Shown: positions 1 to 9,511, counted from the stretch's first letter. The stretch: DNA of 64,000 bases from an uncultured Nostocoides sp. (GCA_937907685.1 CALCXF010000017.1:10448-74447), one strand, 5' to 3'. The notes: generated by a model not told the origin, from the letters alone. Numbers and translations: made by a program.

Positions 1-84
1 CTTCATGAGCAGGAAGCTCGACCCCCAGATGAGCACGAGAGCGAGGTACTTCACCTGCCACGGGACGCGCGGCTGATGCGTCAC
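1..84 (-). CDS. DMT/EamA-type transporter, N-terminal 28 codons only (gene continues past the left edge)
   Basis: Reverse strand from GTG at 82-84 reads VTHQPRVPWQVKYLALVLIWGSSFLLMK, a hydrophobic LIWGSSF start typical of EamA transporters. GTGA overlap with the stop of the upstream gene (81-83). Too short to be sure. Confidence 0.35.
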   Translation of the reverse strand, partial: MTHQPRVPWQVKYLALVLIWGSSFLLMK

Positions 85-1121
85 GACTCCACCTCCTCAC
101 CCAGGCGGCGCGCGGTGTCGAGCGCCGCACGGTGAACGTCCCGGGCCCCCTCGGGTGTGAGTCCGGCGAGTCCGCAGGCCGGTGAGACGACGACGCCTCG
201 CAGCGCCTCCCCCGCCAGACCGGCTCGCTCGAAGCCGTCCAGCACGAGGGCCCCGGCCTCGGTGTCGGTGCCGGTCCCGTCGGTTGGGAGGCACCCGGCA
301 TACAGTCCGGTGCCGCTCTCGAGGGTGGCGGCAACGGACTCCCACCGCGCCGCGGACGCACCGGTGAGGTCGATGGCGATCGCCGTTGCACCGGTCGCGC
401 GCATGAGCGGCAGGGGTGCGGACCGGTCACAGCAGTGGAGAACCGTCCGGCCGTCGTGGGACGACAGGACAGCCTGGATGCCGCGCGCCGCCACCTGGGG
501 GTCGACCGACCGGATGCGGCCGAAGCCGGAGGCGGTGGGAAGCGACCCCTCCAGCACGGCCGGCAGGGAGGGCTCGTCGAGCTGGAGGACGACGTCGGCG
601 CCAGGGACGAGCCTCCGCACGTCGGCGACGCGAGCACCGATGCCGTCGGCGAGGGAGGCGGTGAGGTCGGCGACGGCGCCGGCATCCACGACGGCCCGCT
701 CCCCGCGGGTGAGCTGGAGCGAGGCGGCGAGGGTCCACGGGCCGGCGACCTGGATCTTGAGGGAGCCCGTGTACCCGTCGTACGCCTCCGCGAGCTCGTC
801 GAGGTCCTCCCGGTGCAGGGATGCCGTGCGCGCGGCATCGCGCCCCGGCCGGTCGACGAGGCGCCACCCGCTCGGCTGGAGGTCGACCGGGAGGTCGACA
901 AGCAGGCCGGCAGCCCGACCGATGATGTCGGCGCCCGGCCCACGACCAGGAGTCTCCGGCAGGTAGGGCAGCCCGATCGCGTCACCGTCGACGAGGAGGT
1001 CGCGGACCGTTCGCACCGCCTCACGCGCCGACGTCCCGGGCCACGAGCCGATCCCCGTCGCGCGGACCGGTGCGGCGGCGGGTTCTGCGGCGGCGAAGAC
1101 GGCCTCGGGCGACACGTTCAC
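81..1121 (-). CDS. cobalamin-independent methionine synthase (MetE C-terminal domain)-like protein
   Basis: ORF 81..1241 trimmed to GTG 1119-1121, which overlaps the stop of the upstream gene (GTGA). ATGIGSWPG near the N-terminus and LQLDEPSLPAVL match my memory of the short MetE-like family. Confidence 0.7.
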   Translation of the reverse strand: MNVSPEAVFAAAEPAAAPVRATGIGSWPGTSAREAVRTVRDLLVDGDAIGLPYLPETPGRGPGADIIGRAAGLLVDLPVDLQPSGWRLVDRPGRDAARTASLHREDLDELAEAYDGYTGSLKIQVAGPWTLAASLQLTRGERAVVDAGAVADLTASLADGIGARVADVRRLVPGADVVLQLDEPSLPAVLEGSLPTASGFGRIRSVDPQVAARGIQAVLSSHDGRTVLHCCDRSAPLPLMRATGATAIAIDLTGASAARWESVAATLESGTGLYAGCLPTDGTGTDTEAGALVLDGFERAGLAGEALRGVVVSPACGLAGLTPEGARDVHRAALDTARRLGEEVES

Positions 1122-2026
1122 CGGTTCACCTGCTCGACGAACCTCGACACGGACGCGGGGACCGGCGCACCGGCATCGACCGTCCATGGGGCGGGCTCCG
1201 GGGCACCCGCCACGACCCGCAGCGGCACCACCCCACACCATGCGCTCGTCTCCTCGTCGGGTGGCGACGCCCCACCCGACCGGACCTTGAGCAGCCAGCG
1301 GCCGTCGGTGATGGGCATGGCCATGGCCAGGGTGGCCGCCTCCTCACGACGAGTCGTCGGCCGGACCTCGGAGGTCCGTCCCGGGACGAGCCGCTCCGAG
1401 ATCCGGGTCAGGGCCGTCGTCCGGTCGTCCCCTGCCAGCGGCGCGAGCTCGCCGTGGACGACGGCCGAGCGGTAGTTCGCCGATGAGTCGAAGGTCGAGT
1501 GGGCGAGGACGAGCCCGTCGACCACGGTCACGCTGAGGACCGCCGGCGCCCCGGCCGCCACCTGTCGCAGTGCCCCGGCGCCCGTGGACCCGTGGAGGAG
1601 GATGCGGTCACCGTCCCTGGCGAAGAGCATCGGCACGACCCATGGTCGCCCGTCGACCACGGTGGAGAGCGTGCCGGCCAGGACCTCGTCCAGGAGCGCG
1701 TCGAGCTCGGCACGCTCCGCACGCCCTCGCTCGGAGTGGCGCCCCAGGCGCTGCTCGGGCGCGGTGCGGCCCACGTACCCCGGACCGGGGCACGAGCCCT
1801 TCGACGTGACCCGCTGGGTGCTCGCGGGGTGTCGCCCGAGGGAGTCGCCGACCCGCGTGGGCCGTGGCATGAGCGAACCCCCACAGTTCGGGCACGTGCG
1901 CTCGAGGTGCTCGGCACACCCGGCGCAGAACGTGCACTCGAAGGAGCACACGACCGCGCCGACCTGCTCCGCGGGGAGGTCGACGTCGCAGCACTCGCAC
2001 CCCGGCCGCATCTCCAACCCGCTCAC
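1118..2026 (-). CDS. fusion protein: DUF1272 (8-Cys zinc-ribbon-like) N-domain + pyridoxamine 5'-phosphate oxidase-like FMN-binding split-barrel domain
   Basis: N-terminus MRPGCECCDVDLPAEQVGAVVCSFECTFCAGCAEHLERTCPNCGGSLMPRPTR is the DUF1272 pattern. The rest (LDALLDEVLAGTLSTVVDGRPWVVPMLFARDGDRILLHGSTGAG...) is PNPOx-like. There is no stop between the two parts. Confidence 0.75.
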   Translation of the reverse strand: MSGLEMRPGCECCDVDLPAEQVGAVVCSFECTFCAGCAEHLERTCPNCGGSLMPRPTRVGDSLGRHPASTQRVTSKGSCPGPGYVGRTAPEQRLGRHSERGRAERAELDALLDEVLAGTLSTVVDGRPWVVPMLFARDGDRILLHGSTGAGALRQVAAGAPAVLSVTVVDGLVLAHSTFDSSANYRSAVVHGELAPLAGDDRTTALTRISERLVPGRTSEVRPTTRREEAATLAMAMPITDGRWLLKVRSGGASPPDEETSAWCGVVPLRVVAGAPEPAPWTVDAGAPVPASVSRFVEQVNR

Positions 2027-2185
2027 CGACCCATCCTCTCCTGCCGCACCGACTCGGGCCGTGACCCGTCCGCAGCCGAGTCGGGTCGCCGAACTGCGAC
2101 CCGCCCTCGGATCAGTTCACTACGCGAACTGGCCTTCACACAGATCCAGTGGAGGGCAAATTCGCAGGACCAGTATGGTGATCGG

Positions 2186-3610
2186 ATGCCGCGCAGCACT
2201 CGCCCCGTCGAGCTCGCCCTCGACGTCTCCGATGGACCGGCCCCGTTGCGACACCGCATCGCCGACGCCCTCGTCGCCGAGATGCGCACAGGACGCCTGA
2301 GACCGGGTGACACGCTGCCCTCGACCCGGTCCCTGGCATCGGCGCTCGGTCTCTCCCGAGGTCCCGTGGTCGCTGCCTACGACGATCTCGCCGGCGCCGG
2401 CTTCGTCGTCAGCCGCGCGGGCTCCGGCGCGGTCGTGGCGCCGGGGGCCGACCGCGCCGCGGCCGCAGGCGCAGGCACTCACGTGCGCCGGTCCGACGGC
2501 CGTGAGCCACGCGGTTCAGGACGACGGTCCACGCCTCCGCAATGGGACCTGCGTCCCGGGCGCCCCGACACCTCCCTCGTCGACCCGGCCGCCTGGCGTC
2601 GTGCGTGGCGAGCAGCCGGCTCCGTCGTCCCGGGCAGGGATGCCGGCGCAGGGCCCACGCACGACCGGCTTCGCACCGTGCTCGCCGAGCACCTCCGCCG
2701 GAGCCGAGGCGTCGCGGTGGCGCCCGACGGGCTCCTCGTCGTCCCCGGGGTCGGAGCGTCCCTGCGGGGCCTGCCGGGCCCGCTCGACCTCGTGGCAGCG
2801 ACCGTGGCGATGGAGGACCCCGGCTACGTCGAGGCCTGGACCGCATTCACCGCCGAGGGCGTGAGGGTCGCCTCCGTGCCCGTCGACGGCGACGGGCTGG
2901 ACCCGGCCACGCTGCCCGAGGGTGCCGTGGCGGCATACGTCACGCCGTCCCACCAGTACCCCCTCGGGGCCCGCATGCCGGTGACCCGGCGCGTCCAGCT
3001 GCTCGAGTGGGCGCGCGACGCCGGCGCGATCATCCTCGAGGACGACTACGACGGGGAGTTCCGCTACGACGTCTCCCCCCTCCCGGCCCTGCGGTCCCTC
3101 TCGGGGGCCGAGGAGCACGTGGTCTACATCGGGACCGCGTCCAAGCTCGTGGCGCCGTCCCTCAGGCTGGCGTGGATCGCTCCACCGCGTCCCCTGCGCG
3201 ATCGGCTGCGGGTGGAGCTCGAGTCGAGGGGGCTCGTCGTCAACGAGACGACGGGTCTGGCGATGGCCGAGTTCATCGCGTCCGGCGCCCTCTCCACCCA
3301 CCACGCACGAGTGACCCGGACGTATGCCGCCCGCCGGGCGGCGCTGGTGGCGGCGGTCTCCGACCACGTGCCGGGGGCAGTGCTCGAGGGAGTGGATGCC
3401 GGCCTCCACGTCGTGCTCCGGCTCCCCGACGAGGTCGACGACCTCGAGCTCGTCACCGCTCTCGAGGCGCGCGGGGTCGCCGTGAGCCCGTTGTCGGCCT
3501 ACGGCATCGAGGTCACCGTGCGCGGACTGGTGCTCTGCTACGCCGGCCTGCCCGAGAGCCAGGCAGCAGCTGCCGTGCGTCGGATCGCGGAGGTCGTCAG
3601 GAGCGCCTGA
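2186..3610 (+). CDS. MocR/PdxR-type transcriptional regulator (GntR wHTH + aminotransferase-like domain)
   Basis: ORF 1499..3610 trimmed to ATG 2186 (MPRSTRPVELALD...). It has a GntR-type HTH (LPSTRSLASALGLSRGPVVAAYDDLAGAGFV) and a long PLP-fold C-domain (YVTPSHQYPLG, ILEDDYDGEFRY, YIGTASKLVAPSLRLAW). Divergent from the PNPOx-like gene. Confidence 0.85.
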   Translation: MPRSTRPVELALDVSDGPAPLRHRIADALVAEMRTGRLRPGDTLPSTRSLASALGLSRGPVVAAYDDLAGAGFVVSRAGSGAVVAPGADRAAAAGAGTHVRRSDGREPRGSGRRSTPPQWDLRPGRPDTSLVDPAAWRRAWRAAGSVVPGRDAGAGPTHDRLRTVLAEHLRRSRGVAVAPDGLLVVPGVGASLRGLPGPLDLVAATVAMEDPGYVEAWTAFTAEGVRVASVPVDGDGLDPATLPEGAVAAYVTPSHQYPLGARMPVTRRVQLLEWARDAGAIILEDDYDGEFRYDVSPLPALRSLSGAEEHVVYIGTASKLVAPSLRLAWIAPPRPLRDRLRVELESRGLVVNETTGLAMAEFIASGALSTHHARVTRTYAARRAALVAAVSDHVPGAVLEGVDAGLHVVLRLPDEVDDLELVTALEARGVAVSPLSAYGIEVTVRGLVLCYAGLPESQAAAAVRRIAEVVRSA

Positions 3611-3693
3611 CGGGTGCCGGCGCACGACGGACGCCCCGGCACCTCGAGGGTGCGGGGGCGTCGGTCGAGGGACGGCGACGGATCACCGACGAC

Positions 3694-4668
3694 TCAGAGG
3701 ACGTCGTGGCCGGGGTGCGGCTCCGTCGGAATGGTGCCGAGGCGCCCGGCCTGGAAGTCCTCGAAAGCCGTGAGGAGCTCCTGGCGGGTGTTCATGACGA
3801 AGGGGCCGTAGGCGGCGATGGGCTCCCGGATCGGCCGCCCGCCCATGATGTAGAGGTCGAGGCTCGGGCTGCGGCTCTCCTGGCCGGCGTCGGCGCCCAC
3901 CTCGATGACGTCACCGCCACCGAGCACCGCGAGCTGACCCATCCGCAGGGGCCGCCGGTCCGGCCCGACCGTGCCGTTTCCGTTGAGGGCGTAGACCAGT
4001 CCGTTGAAGGTCGGGTTCCACGGCAGGCGGACCCGGGCACCGGGCGCCACCGTCGCGTGCACGATCGAGATCGGCGTGTGGGTGCTGCCTGGACCGGCGT
4101 GTCCGTCGAGCTCGCCGGCGATGACCCGCAGCAACGCGCCGCCGTCCGGGCTGGACACGAGGGCCACCTCGCCGCCCCGGATGTCCTGGTAGCGCGGTGG
4201 CGCCATCTTCATCGAGCGGGGAAGGTTCACCCAGAGCTGGAGGCCGTGGAAGAGCCCTCCGGAGAGCACGAGCTCCTCGGGCGGCACCTCGATGTGGAGC
4301 AGGCCGGACCCGGCCGTCATCCACTGGGTGTCACCGTTGGTGATGGTCCCTCCACCGCCGTGTGAGTCGCGGTGCACGAAGGTGCCGTCGATGATGTACG
4401 TCACCGTCTCGAAGCCCCGGTGCGGGTGCCACGCGGTCCCCTTGGGCTCCCCCGGTGCGTACTCGACCTCGCCCATCTGGTCCATGTGGATGAAGGGGTC
4501 GAGCGCGGCGAGGTCGACTCCCGCGAAGGCACGGCGGACCGGGAACCCCTCCCCCTCGAAGCCGGACGGCGCGGTCGTGATGGACCGCACGGGCCGGGAC
4601 ACGGCCTCGGCACCGGGCTCGGACACCCGCGGGAGGGTCAGGACGTTGTCGACGGTCACGGCCGGCAT
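3694..4668 (-). CDS. pirin family protein
   Basis: 324-aa ORF with WHPHRGFETVTYIIDG and MTAGSGLLHIE motifs typical of pirins. Confidence 0.85.
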   Translation of the reverse strand: MPAVTVDNVLTLPRVSEPGAEAVSRPVRSITTAPSGFEGEGFPVRRAFAGVDLAALDPFIHMDQMGEVEYAPGEPKGTAWHPHRGFETVTYIIDGTFVHRDSHGGGGTITNGDTQWMTAGSGLLHIEVPPEELVLSGGLFHGLQLWVNLPRSMKMAPPRYQDIRGGEVALVSSPDGGALLRVIAGELDGHAGPGSTHTPISIVHATVAPGARVRLPWNPTFNGLVYALNGNGTVGPDRRPLRMGQLAVLGGGDVIEVGADAGQESRSPSLDLYIMGGRPIREPIAAYGPFVMNTRQELLTAFEDFQAGRLGTIPTEPHPGHDVL

Positions 4669-4756
4669 GTGATCAGCTCCTCTGCTCCAATCCTCCGGGA
4701 CGGAGGCTGCAGGTCCAACAGTAGTTGAGGGGTCAACTATTCCCCCGTTCGAGGGA

Positions 4757-4800
4757 GCACGACATGCCGGAAGCCACCCACCCCCATCGGCATGTCGTGC
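4757..4800. promoter_or_regulatory. perfect 13-bp inverted repeat (stem-loop or operator candidate) in the divergent pirin/cupin intergenic region
   Basis: GCACGACATGCCG (4757-4769), then an 18-nt C-rich spacer GAAGCCACCCACCCCCAT, then CGGCATGTCGTGC (4788-4800). It ends 50 nt upstream of the cupin ATG. A second palindrome, TAGTTGA-GGGG-TCAACTA, lies at 4722-4739. Confidence 0.45.
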
Positions 4801-4850
4801 ACTCTCGACGAGACTTCCGGATGCCGTGCGGAGCGTCGTAGCGTGGCGTC

Positions 4851-5222
4851 ATGACACGCGTCGTCGACCTGCGGGACAAGTTGTCGCTGTTCTCCGAGCA
4901 CTGGTCGCCGAAGGTCGTCGCAACCCTCAACGACGACGAGGTGAAGGTCGTCAAGGTCAAGGGTGAGTTCGTCTGGCACTCCCACGCCGACACCGACGAG
5001 CTCTTCCTCGTCGTCGACGGCGCGCTGACCATCCGGATGCGCGACGGCAAGGTGACCCTCCGCCCGGGCCAGCTCTTCGTCGTCCCCAGAGGCGTCGAGC
5101 ACTGCCCTGTGGCCGCCGAGGAGGCCTCCGTCGTGCTCATCGAGCGGGCCGGGGTCGTCAACACTGGCGAAGCGGGCGGCGACCTCACCGCCGTGCACGA
5201 CACGAGCCTGCTCGACACCTGA
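4851..5222 (+). CDS. cupin domain protein
   Basis: 123-aa ORF with the two-His cupin motif (GEFVWHSHADTDELFLVVDG ... VVPRGVEHCP). Confidence 0.8.
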   Translation: MTRVVDLRDKLSLFSEHWSPKVVATLNDDEVKVVKVKGEFVWHSHADTDELFLVVDGALTIRMRDGKVTLRPGQLFVVPRGVEHCPVAAEEASVVLIERAGVVNTGEAGGDLTAVHDTSLLDT

Positions 5223-5230
5223 CGCGCAGG

Positions 5231-5312
5231 CGGATGCCGGGATCCGGGCCGAGGCGGTCGGATGCCGGGGCCTGGTCGAGGCGGTCGGATGCCGGGGCCT
5301 GGTCGAGGCGGT
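5231..5312. repeat. 27/28-bp tandem repeat, 3 copies
   Basis: CGGATGCCGGGATCCGGGCCGAGGCGGT (5231-5258), then CGGATGCCGGGGCCTGGTCGAGGCGGT twice (5259-5285 and 5286-5312). It lies between the convergent cupin and mnmA stops; the last copy abuts the mnmA stop codon. Confidence 0.95.
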
Positions 5313-6442
5313 CAGGCGCGGCCGGTGCCGGAGATCGTCGCCGAGCCGACGACCCGCGTGCCGTCGTAGAGGACGACCGACTGCCCCGGGGCGACGCCCC
5401 GGACCCGACGGTCCAGCCGCACCCGCACGCGAGGTGACGCCGGCACCCGGGGCGCTGCACCGGCATCCGGGAGCCCGCCCTCGCCGGTGACCACCTCGGC
5501 GGTCGCCGGGACCTCCTCGCCGTGCGCGCGCACCTGCGCGCCCATCCGCACGACGTCGGCAGGGGCCGGGCCGCACCAGCGCAGGTGGTCGCCCTCGACG
5601 ACGTCCACTCCGAGCAGCTCGGCCGTCCCGATGACGACTCGGCTCGAGGAGGCGTCGACCTCGACGACGTACCGAGCGGCACCGTCGAGCGAGGAGCGGT
5701 CGAGCCCGAGCCCGCGGCGCTGACCCACGGTGAACCCGTGCGTCCCGGCATGGGTGCCGACCACGGCGCCTGTGGCGGCGTCGACGAGCTCACCCGGCCG
5801 CTCCCCCAGCCGGCCGGTCAGCCACCCACGGGTGTTCCCGTCCGGGATGAAGCAGATGTCGTGGCTGTCCGGCTTGCGGGCCACCGAGAAGCCTCGCTCG
5901 GCCGCTTCCTCGCGCACCTGTGCCTTGGTGGAGTCGCCGAGCGGGAAGAAGGACCGGGCGAGCTGCCCAGCATCGAGCACACCGAGGACGTACGACTGGT
6001 CCTTGGCCGTGTCGACGGCCCGGTGCAGCTCGCGCCCCGAGGGCCCCTGCACGACTCGCGCGTAGTGGCCCGTTGCGACGGCGTCGAAACCCAGGGCCAC
6101 GGCCTTGTCGAGCAGCCCGGCGAACTTGATCCGCTCGTTGCACCGCAGGCACGGGTTGGGGGTGCGGCCGGCGGCGTACTCGGCGACGAAGTCCTCGACC
6201 ACGTCACGCTCGAAACGGCTGGCGAGGTCCCACACGTAGAAGGGGATGCCGAGCCGGTCGGCCACGCGCCGCGCGTCACCGGCGTCCTCGATCGTGCAGC
6301 ATCCGCGTGCCGACTCGCGCAGGGTCGCGGCCGAGCGCGACAGCGCGAGGTGGACTCCCACGACCTCGTGTCCGGCGTCGAGCATCCTGGCGGCGGAGAC
6401 GGCCGAGTCGACCCCGCCCGACATCGCGGCGACCACGCGCAT
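5312..6442 (-). CDS. mnmA: tRNA-specific 2-thiouridylase
   Basis: ORF 5312..6643 trimmed to ATG 6440-6442 ([19 protein letters not shown]-loop). Also has [12 protein letters not shown]. The start overlaps the iscS stop by 1 nt (TGATG). Confidence 0.9.
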   Translation of the reverse strand: MRVVAAMSGGVDSAVSAARMLDAGHEVVGVHLALSRSAATLRESARGCCTIEDAGDARRVADRLGIPFYVWDLASRFERDVVEDFVAEYAAGRTPNPCLRCNERIKFAGLLDKAVALGFDAVATGHYARVVQGPSGRELHRAVDTAKDQSYVLGVLDAGQLARSFFPLGDSTKAQVREEAAERGFSVARKPDSHDICFIPDGNTRGWLTGRLGERPGELVDAATGAVVGTHAGTHGFTVGQRRGLGLDRSSLDGAARYVVEVDASSSRVVIGTAELLGVDVVEGDHLRWCGPAPADVVRMGAQVRAHGEEVPATAEVVTGEGGLPDAGAAPRVPASPRVRVRLDRRVRGVAPGQSVVLYDGTRVVGSATISGTGRA

Positions 6443-7647
6443 CAGAGCAGGCCTCCCGCCCGTCGGGCCCGCTCCACGACGCCGGGAAGTGCGGCGAGGA
6501 AGGCGTCGACGTCGGCCTCGGTCGAGGTGTGGCCCAGCGAGAGGCGCAGGGCCCCGCGCGCATCGGCCTCCGAATGACCCATGGCGAGCAGCACGTGGCT
6601 TGGCTGGGGAACCCCCGCCTGGCACGCCGAACCGGTGCTGCACTCGACGCCGGCGGCGTCGAGGAGGTAGAGCAGCGAGTCGCCCTCGCAGCCCGGCACG
6701 AGCAGGTGGGCGTTGCCAGGCAGCCGGCGGGTGCCGTCACCAGGAGACCAACAGCCGCTCACGGTGATGCCGAGCCCCAGGCCGACGGCTCCCTCGAGGA
6801 GCCTGTCTCGCAGGCCCATGACCCGCTTGGCCTCGACGTCCCGGACGGCGACGGTCTCCTCGAGCGCCACGGCGAACGACCGGATGCCGGGCACGTCGAG
6901 GGTGCCGCTACGCACCTGCCGCTCCTGGCCGCCCCCGTGCAGGAGGGGCACCAGGCGGGCGTCGCGGCGCGCGAGCAGAGCGCCGACACCGAGGGGGCCA
7001 CCGACCTTGTGCCCGCTGACCGTCATGAGGTCCGCCCCGGAGTCGTCGAAGCGAACGGGGAGGTGCGCGACCGCCTGGACCGCGTCGGTGTGGAACGGCA
7101 CCCCGTGCTCGCGGGCGAGGGCGGCGAGCTCCGCGACGGGCTGGATCGTGCCCACCTCGTTGTTCGCCCACATGACGCTGATGAGTGCCGCGTCGTCGGA
7201 GTTCTCCGCGAGTGCCCGACGCAGGTCGTCGACGGAGATGTGACCGCACCGGTCCGGTTCGAGCCAGCTGACCTCCGCACCGTGCTCGACGAGGAACTCC
7301 ACGGGGTCGAGCACGGCGTGGTGCTCGATACCGCTGACGACGAGTCGGCTGCGTGACGGGTCCGCGGCGCGGCGCGCGGCGTACGTGCCCTTGACGGCGA
7401 GGTTGTCGGCCTCGGTGCCGCCAGAGGTGAACACCACCTCGGAGGGTCGAGCCCCGAGGACGGCCGCGATCCGCTCGCGCGACTCCTCCGCGATCCGCTC
7501 GCGCGACTCCTCCACCACCGCACGCGCAGCTCGACCTGAGCCGTGCAGCGACGAGGCGTTGCCCGGCCTGCTCGCCTGCTCCGCGAGCGCCTCGACGGCG
7601 GCAGGCAGCATGGGCGTCGTCGCCGCGTGGTCGAGGTAGTGGGTCAC
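6442..7647 (-). CDS. iscS: cysteine desulfurase (NifS/IscS class)
   Basis: 401 aa: [38 protein letters not shown] (PLP lysine) and ECSTGSAC (active-site Cys). Located upstream of mnmA, as is usual in actinobacteria. Confidence 0.9.
   Translation of the reverse strand: MTHYLDHAATTPMLPAAVEALAEQASRPGNASSLHGSGRAARAVVEESRERIAEESRERIAAVLGARPSEVVFTSGGTEADNLAVKGTYAARRAADPSRSRLVVSGIEHHAVLDPVEFLVEHGAEVSWLEPDRCGHISVDDLRRALAENSDDAALISVMWANNEVGTIQPVAELAALAREHGVPFHTDAVQAVAHLPVRFDDSGADLMTVSGHKVGGPLGVGALLARRDARLVPLLHGGGQERQVRSGTLDVPGIRSFAVALEETVAVRDVEAKRVMGLRDRLLEGAVGLGLGITVSGCWSPGDGTRRLPGNAHLLVPGCEGDSLLYLLDAAGVECSTGSACQAGVPQPSHVLLAMGHSEADARGALRLSLGHTSTEADVDAFLAALPGVVERARRAGGLL
7467..7514. repeat. 24-bp in-frame tandem duplication inside iscS
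   Basis: CGATCCGCTCGCGCGACTCCTCCG (7467-7490) is repeated at 7491-7514 with 23/24 identity. The translation therefore reads ...[22 protein letters not shown]... Confidence 0.95.
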
Positions 7648-7732
7648 AAGGGTCGAGTCTACGTTTCGGCAGGCAGCGAGCCGGCCACGCGCGGCAACCC
7701 TCGACGGCGCGGACCAGTGGTGCCGGGGCGGG

Positions 7733-8689
7733 TCAGCCCTTGCGCTTCTTGACGTCCTCCGTCGCCTGGGGCAGCACCGAGAACAGGTCCCCGACGACCC
7801 CGAAGTCGACGAGCTCGAAGATCGGCGCCTCCTCGTCCTTGTTGACCGCGACGATCGTCTTCGACGTCTGCATGCCGGCCCGGTGCTGGATCGCCCCGGA
7901 GATGCCGACCGCGACGTAGAGCTGGGGGGACACCTGCTTGCCGGTCTGGCCCACCTGGCTGCTGTGGGGATACCACCCGGCGTCGACGGCGGCCCGGCTC
8001 GCGCCCACCGCCGCCCCGAGGGAGTCGGCGAAGGCCTCGACCGGGCCGAAGTCCCCGCCGGTGCCCCGGCCGCCCGAGACGACGATGGCTGCCTCGGTGA
8101 GCTCGGGGCGTCCGGTCGCCTGCTTCGGCCGGGAGTCGGTGACCCTGGCCGCCTTGGCCGCGTCGCTCATCGGAACCGCGACCGTCTCGATGACCCCAGC
8201 GGCCGGCGACGCCTCTATCGGCGCCGAGTTGGGCTTGACCGCGACGATCGGTGTCCCCGCCGTCACCGTGGAGGTCACGCTGTAGGAACCGGCGAAGACG
8301 GACTGGGTCGTCTCGATGCCGTTGTCGCCCGCCCGCACGTCGACCGCGTCGGTGATGAGTCCGGACCCCGTCTTGATCGACAGCCGTGCAGCGATCTCCT
8401 TGCCCGCGGCGTTGCTCGGGACCAGTACCGCCGCAGGAGCGAGCTTCTCGACGAGTGCGGCGAGGATCTCCGCCTGCGGAGCCACGAGGTACCCCGCAGT
8501 GTCGGCGTCGTCGACGACGTACACCTTGTGAGCGCCGTACTTCGCGAGCGTCACCTGCGCCTTCTCGACGCCGGGACCCACGTGCACGGCAGACGGCTCG
8601 CCGAGCCGTCGGGCGATGGTCAGCAGCTCGGCCGTCGCCTTGCGCAGCCGTCCGTCGGCGTGGTCGACGAGAACGAGTACCTCAGCCAT
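7733..8689 (-). CDS. etfA: electron transfer flavoprotein, alpha subunit
   Basis: The C-terminal FAD-binding signature [12 protein letters not shown]...[29 protein letters not shown] is present. I prefer ATG 8689 (MAEVLVLV) because GGGAGG lies 7 nt upstream. ATG 8695 is an alternative start. Confidence 0.9.
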   Translation of the reverse strand: MAEVLVLVDHADGRLRKATAELLTIARRLGEPSAVHVGPGVEKAQVTLAKYGAHKVYVVDDADTAGYLVAPQAEILAALVEKLAPAAVLVPSNAAGKEIAARLSIKTGSGLITDAVDVRAGDNGIETTQSVFAGSYSVTSTVTAGTPIVAVKPNSAPIEASPAAGVIETVAVPMSDAAKAARVTDSRPKQATGRPELTEAAIVVSGGRGTGGDFGPVEAFADSLGAAVGASRAAVDAGWYPHSSQVGQTGKQVSPQLYVAVGISGAIQHRAGMQTSKTIVAVNKDEEAPIFELVDFGVVGDLFSVLPQATEDVKKRKG

Positions 8690-8719
8690 GGTCATGCCTC
8701 CCTGTCTGTCGTCGGCCGG

Positions 8720-9511
8720 TCAGATGAACTTCTGGCCGGCGAGGAACTCGGCCAGCCTGCTGCCACCGTCGCCCTCGTCGGCAACGATCTGGCCCTGCGC
8801 CCGCGGAGGCCGCTTGGTGACCGAGACGACCGAGGTCCAGGCGGCGCGCAGCCCCACCTGCGAGGAGTCGATGCCGAGGTCCGCCAGGGCCCACTGCTCG
8901 ACGGGCTTCTTCTTCGCCGCCATGATCCCCTTGAACGACGGGTAGCGCGGCTCGTTGATCTGGTCGGTCACCGAGACGAGGGCCGGCAGCGACGCCTCGA
9001 TCGTCTCGGAGGCGGTGTCGCCGTCCCGGCGGATCGTGACCGTTCCCTCGCCGACGGTGAGCTCGGAGGCGTAGGTCACCTGGGGCAGGCCGAGTCGCTC
9101 GGCCAGCATCGCCGGTACGACCCCCATGACGCCATCGGTGGAGGACATGCCGGTCATGACGAGCTCCGGGGTGCCGCTCGTCGCCTTCCGCACGGCCTCG
9201 GCGAGGACGAGTGAGGTCGCAGCCGCGTCCGACCCGTGGATCGCCTCGTCCTCGACGTGCACACCTTTGTCGGCGCCCATCTGAAGTGCCTTCTTGATCG
9301 CGTTCGCCGCCGCCGCCGGGCCGACGGTCAGCACGGTGACCTCGCCCTCGCCGGCGGCCTCGACGATCTTCAGCGCCTCCTCGACGGCGTACTCGTCGAG
9401 CTCGGAGAGGAGGCCGTCGACACCGTCGCGGTCCACCGTCCGGTCCGAGTCGCGGAAGCTGCGGTCGGACTGGGCGTCCGGGACGTACTTGACACAGACG
9501 ACGATGTTCAT
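8720..9511 (-). CDS. etfB: electron transfer flavoprotein, beta subunit
   Basis: ORF 8720..10285 trimmed to ATG 9509-9511 (MNIVVCVKYVPD...), a typical EtfB N-terminus. The 5' part of the long ORF is an alternate-frame read through the crotonase gene. Confidence 0.9.
   Translation of the reverse strand: MNIVVCVKYVPDAQSDRSFRDSDRTVDRDGVDGLLSELDEYAVEEALKIVEAAGEGEVTVLTVGPAAAANAIKKALQMGADKGVHVEDEAIHGSDAAATSLVLAEAVRKATSGTPELVMTGMSSTDGVMGVVPAMLAERLGLPQVTYASELTVGEGTVTIRRDGDTASETIEASLPALVSVTDQINEPRYPSFKGIMAAKKKPVEQWALADLGIDSSQVGLRAAWTSVVSVTKRPPRAQGQIVADEGDGGSRLAEFLAGQKFI

Noticed and set aside
4757-4800. Whether the C-rich-loop hairpin is a 6C-type small RNA.
   Set aside because: 6C RNA has two adjacent stem-loops, each with a C-rich loop, and a conserved genomic context. 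Here there is only one such hairpin and no second C-rich loop.
5231-5312. Whether the tandem repeats at 5231-5312 or 58603-58671 could be a CRISPR array.
   Set aside because: The units are contiguous with no unique spacers, there are only 3-5 copies, and no cas genes are present in the window.
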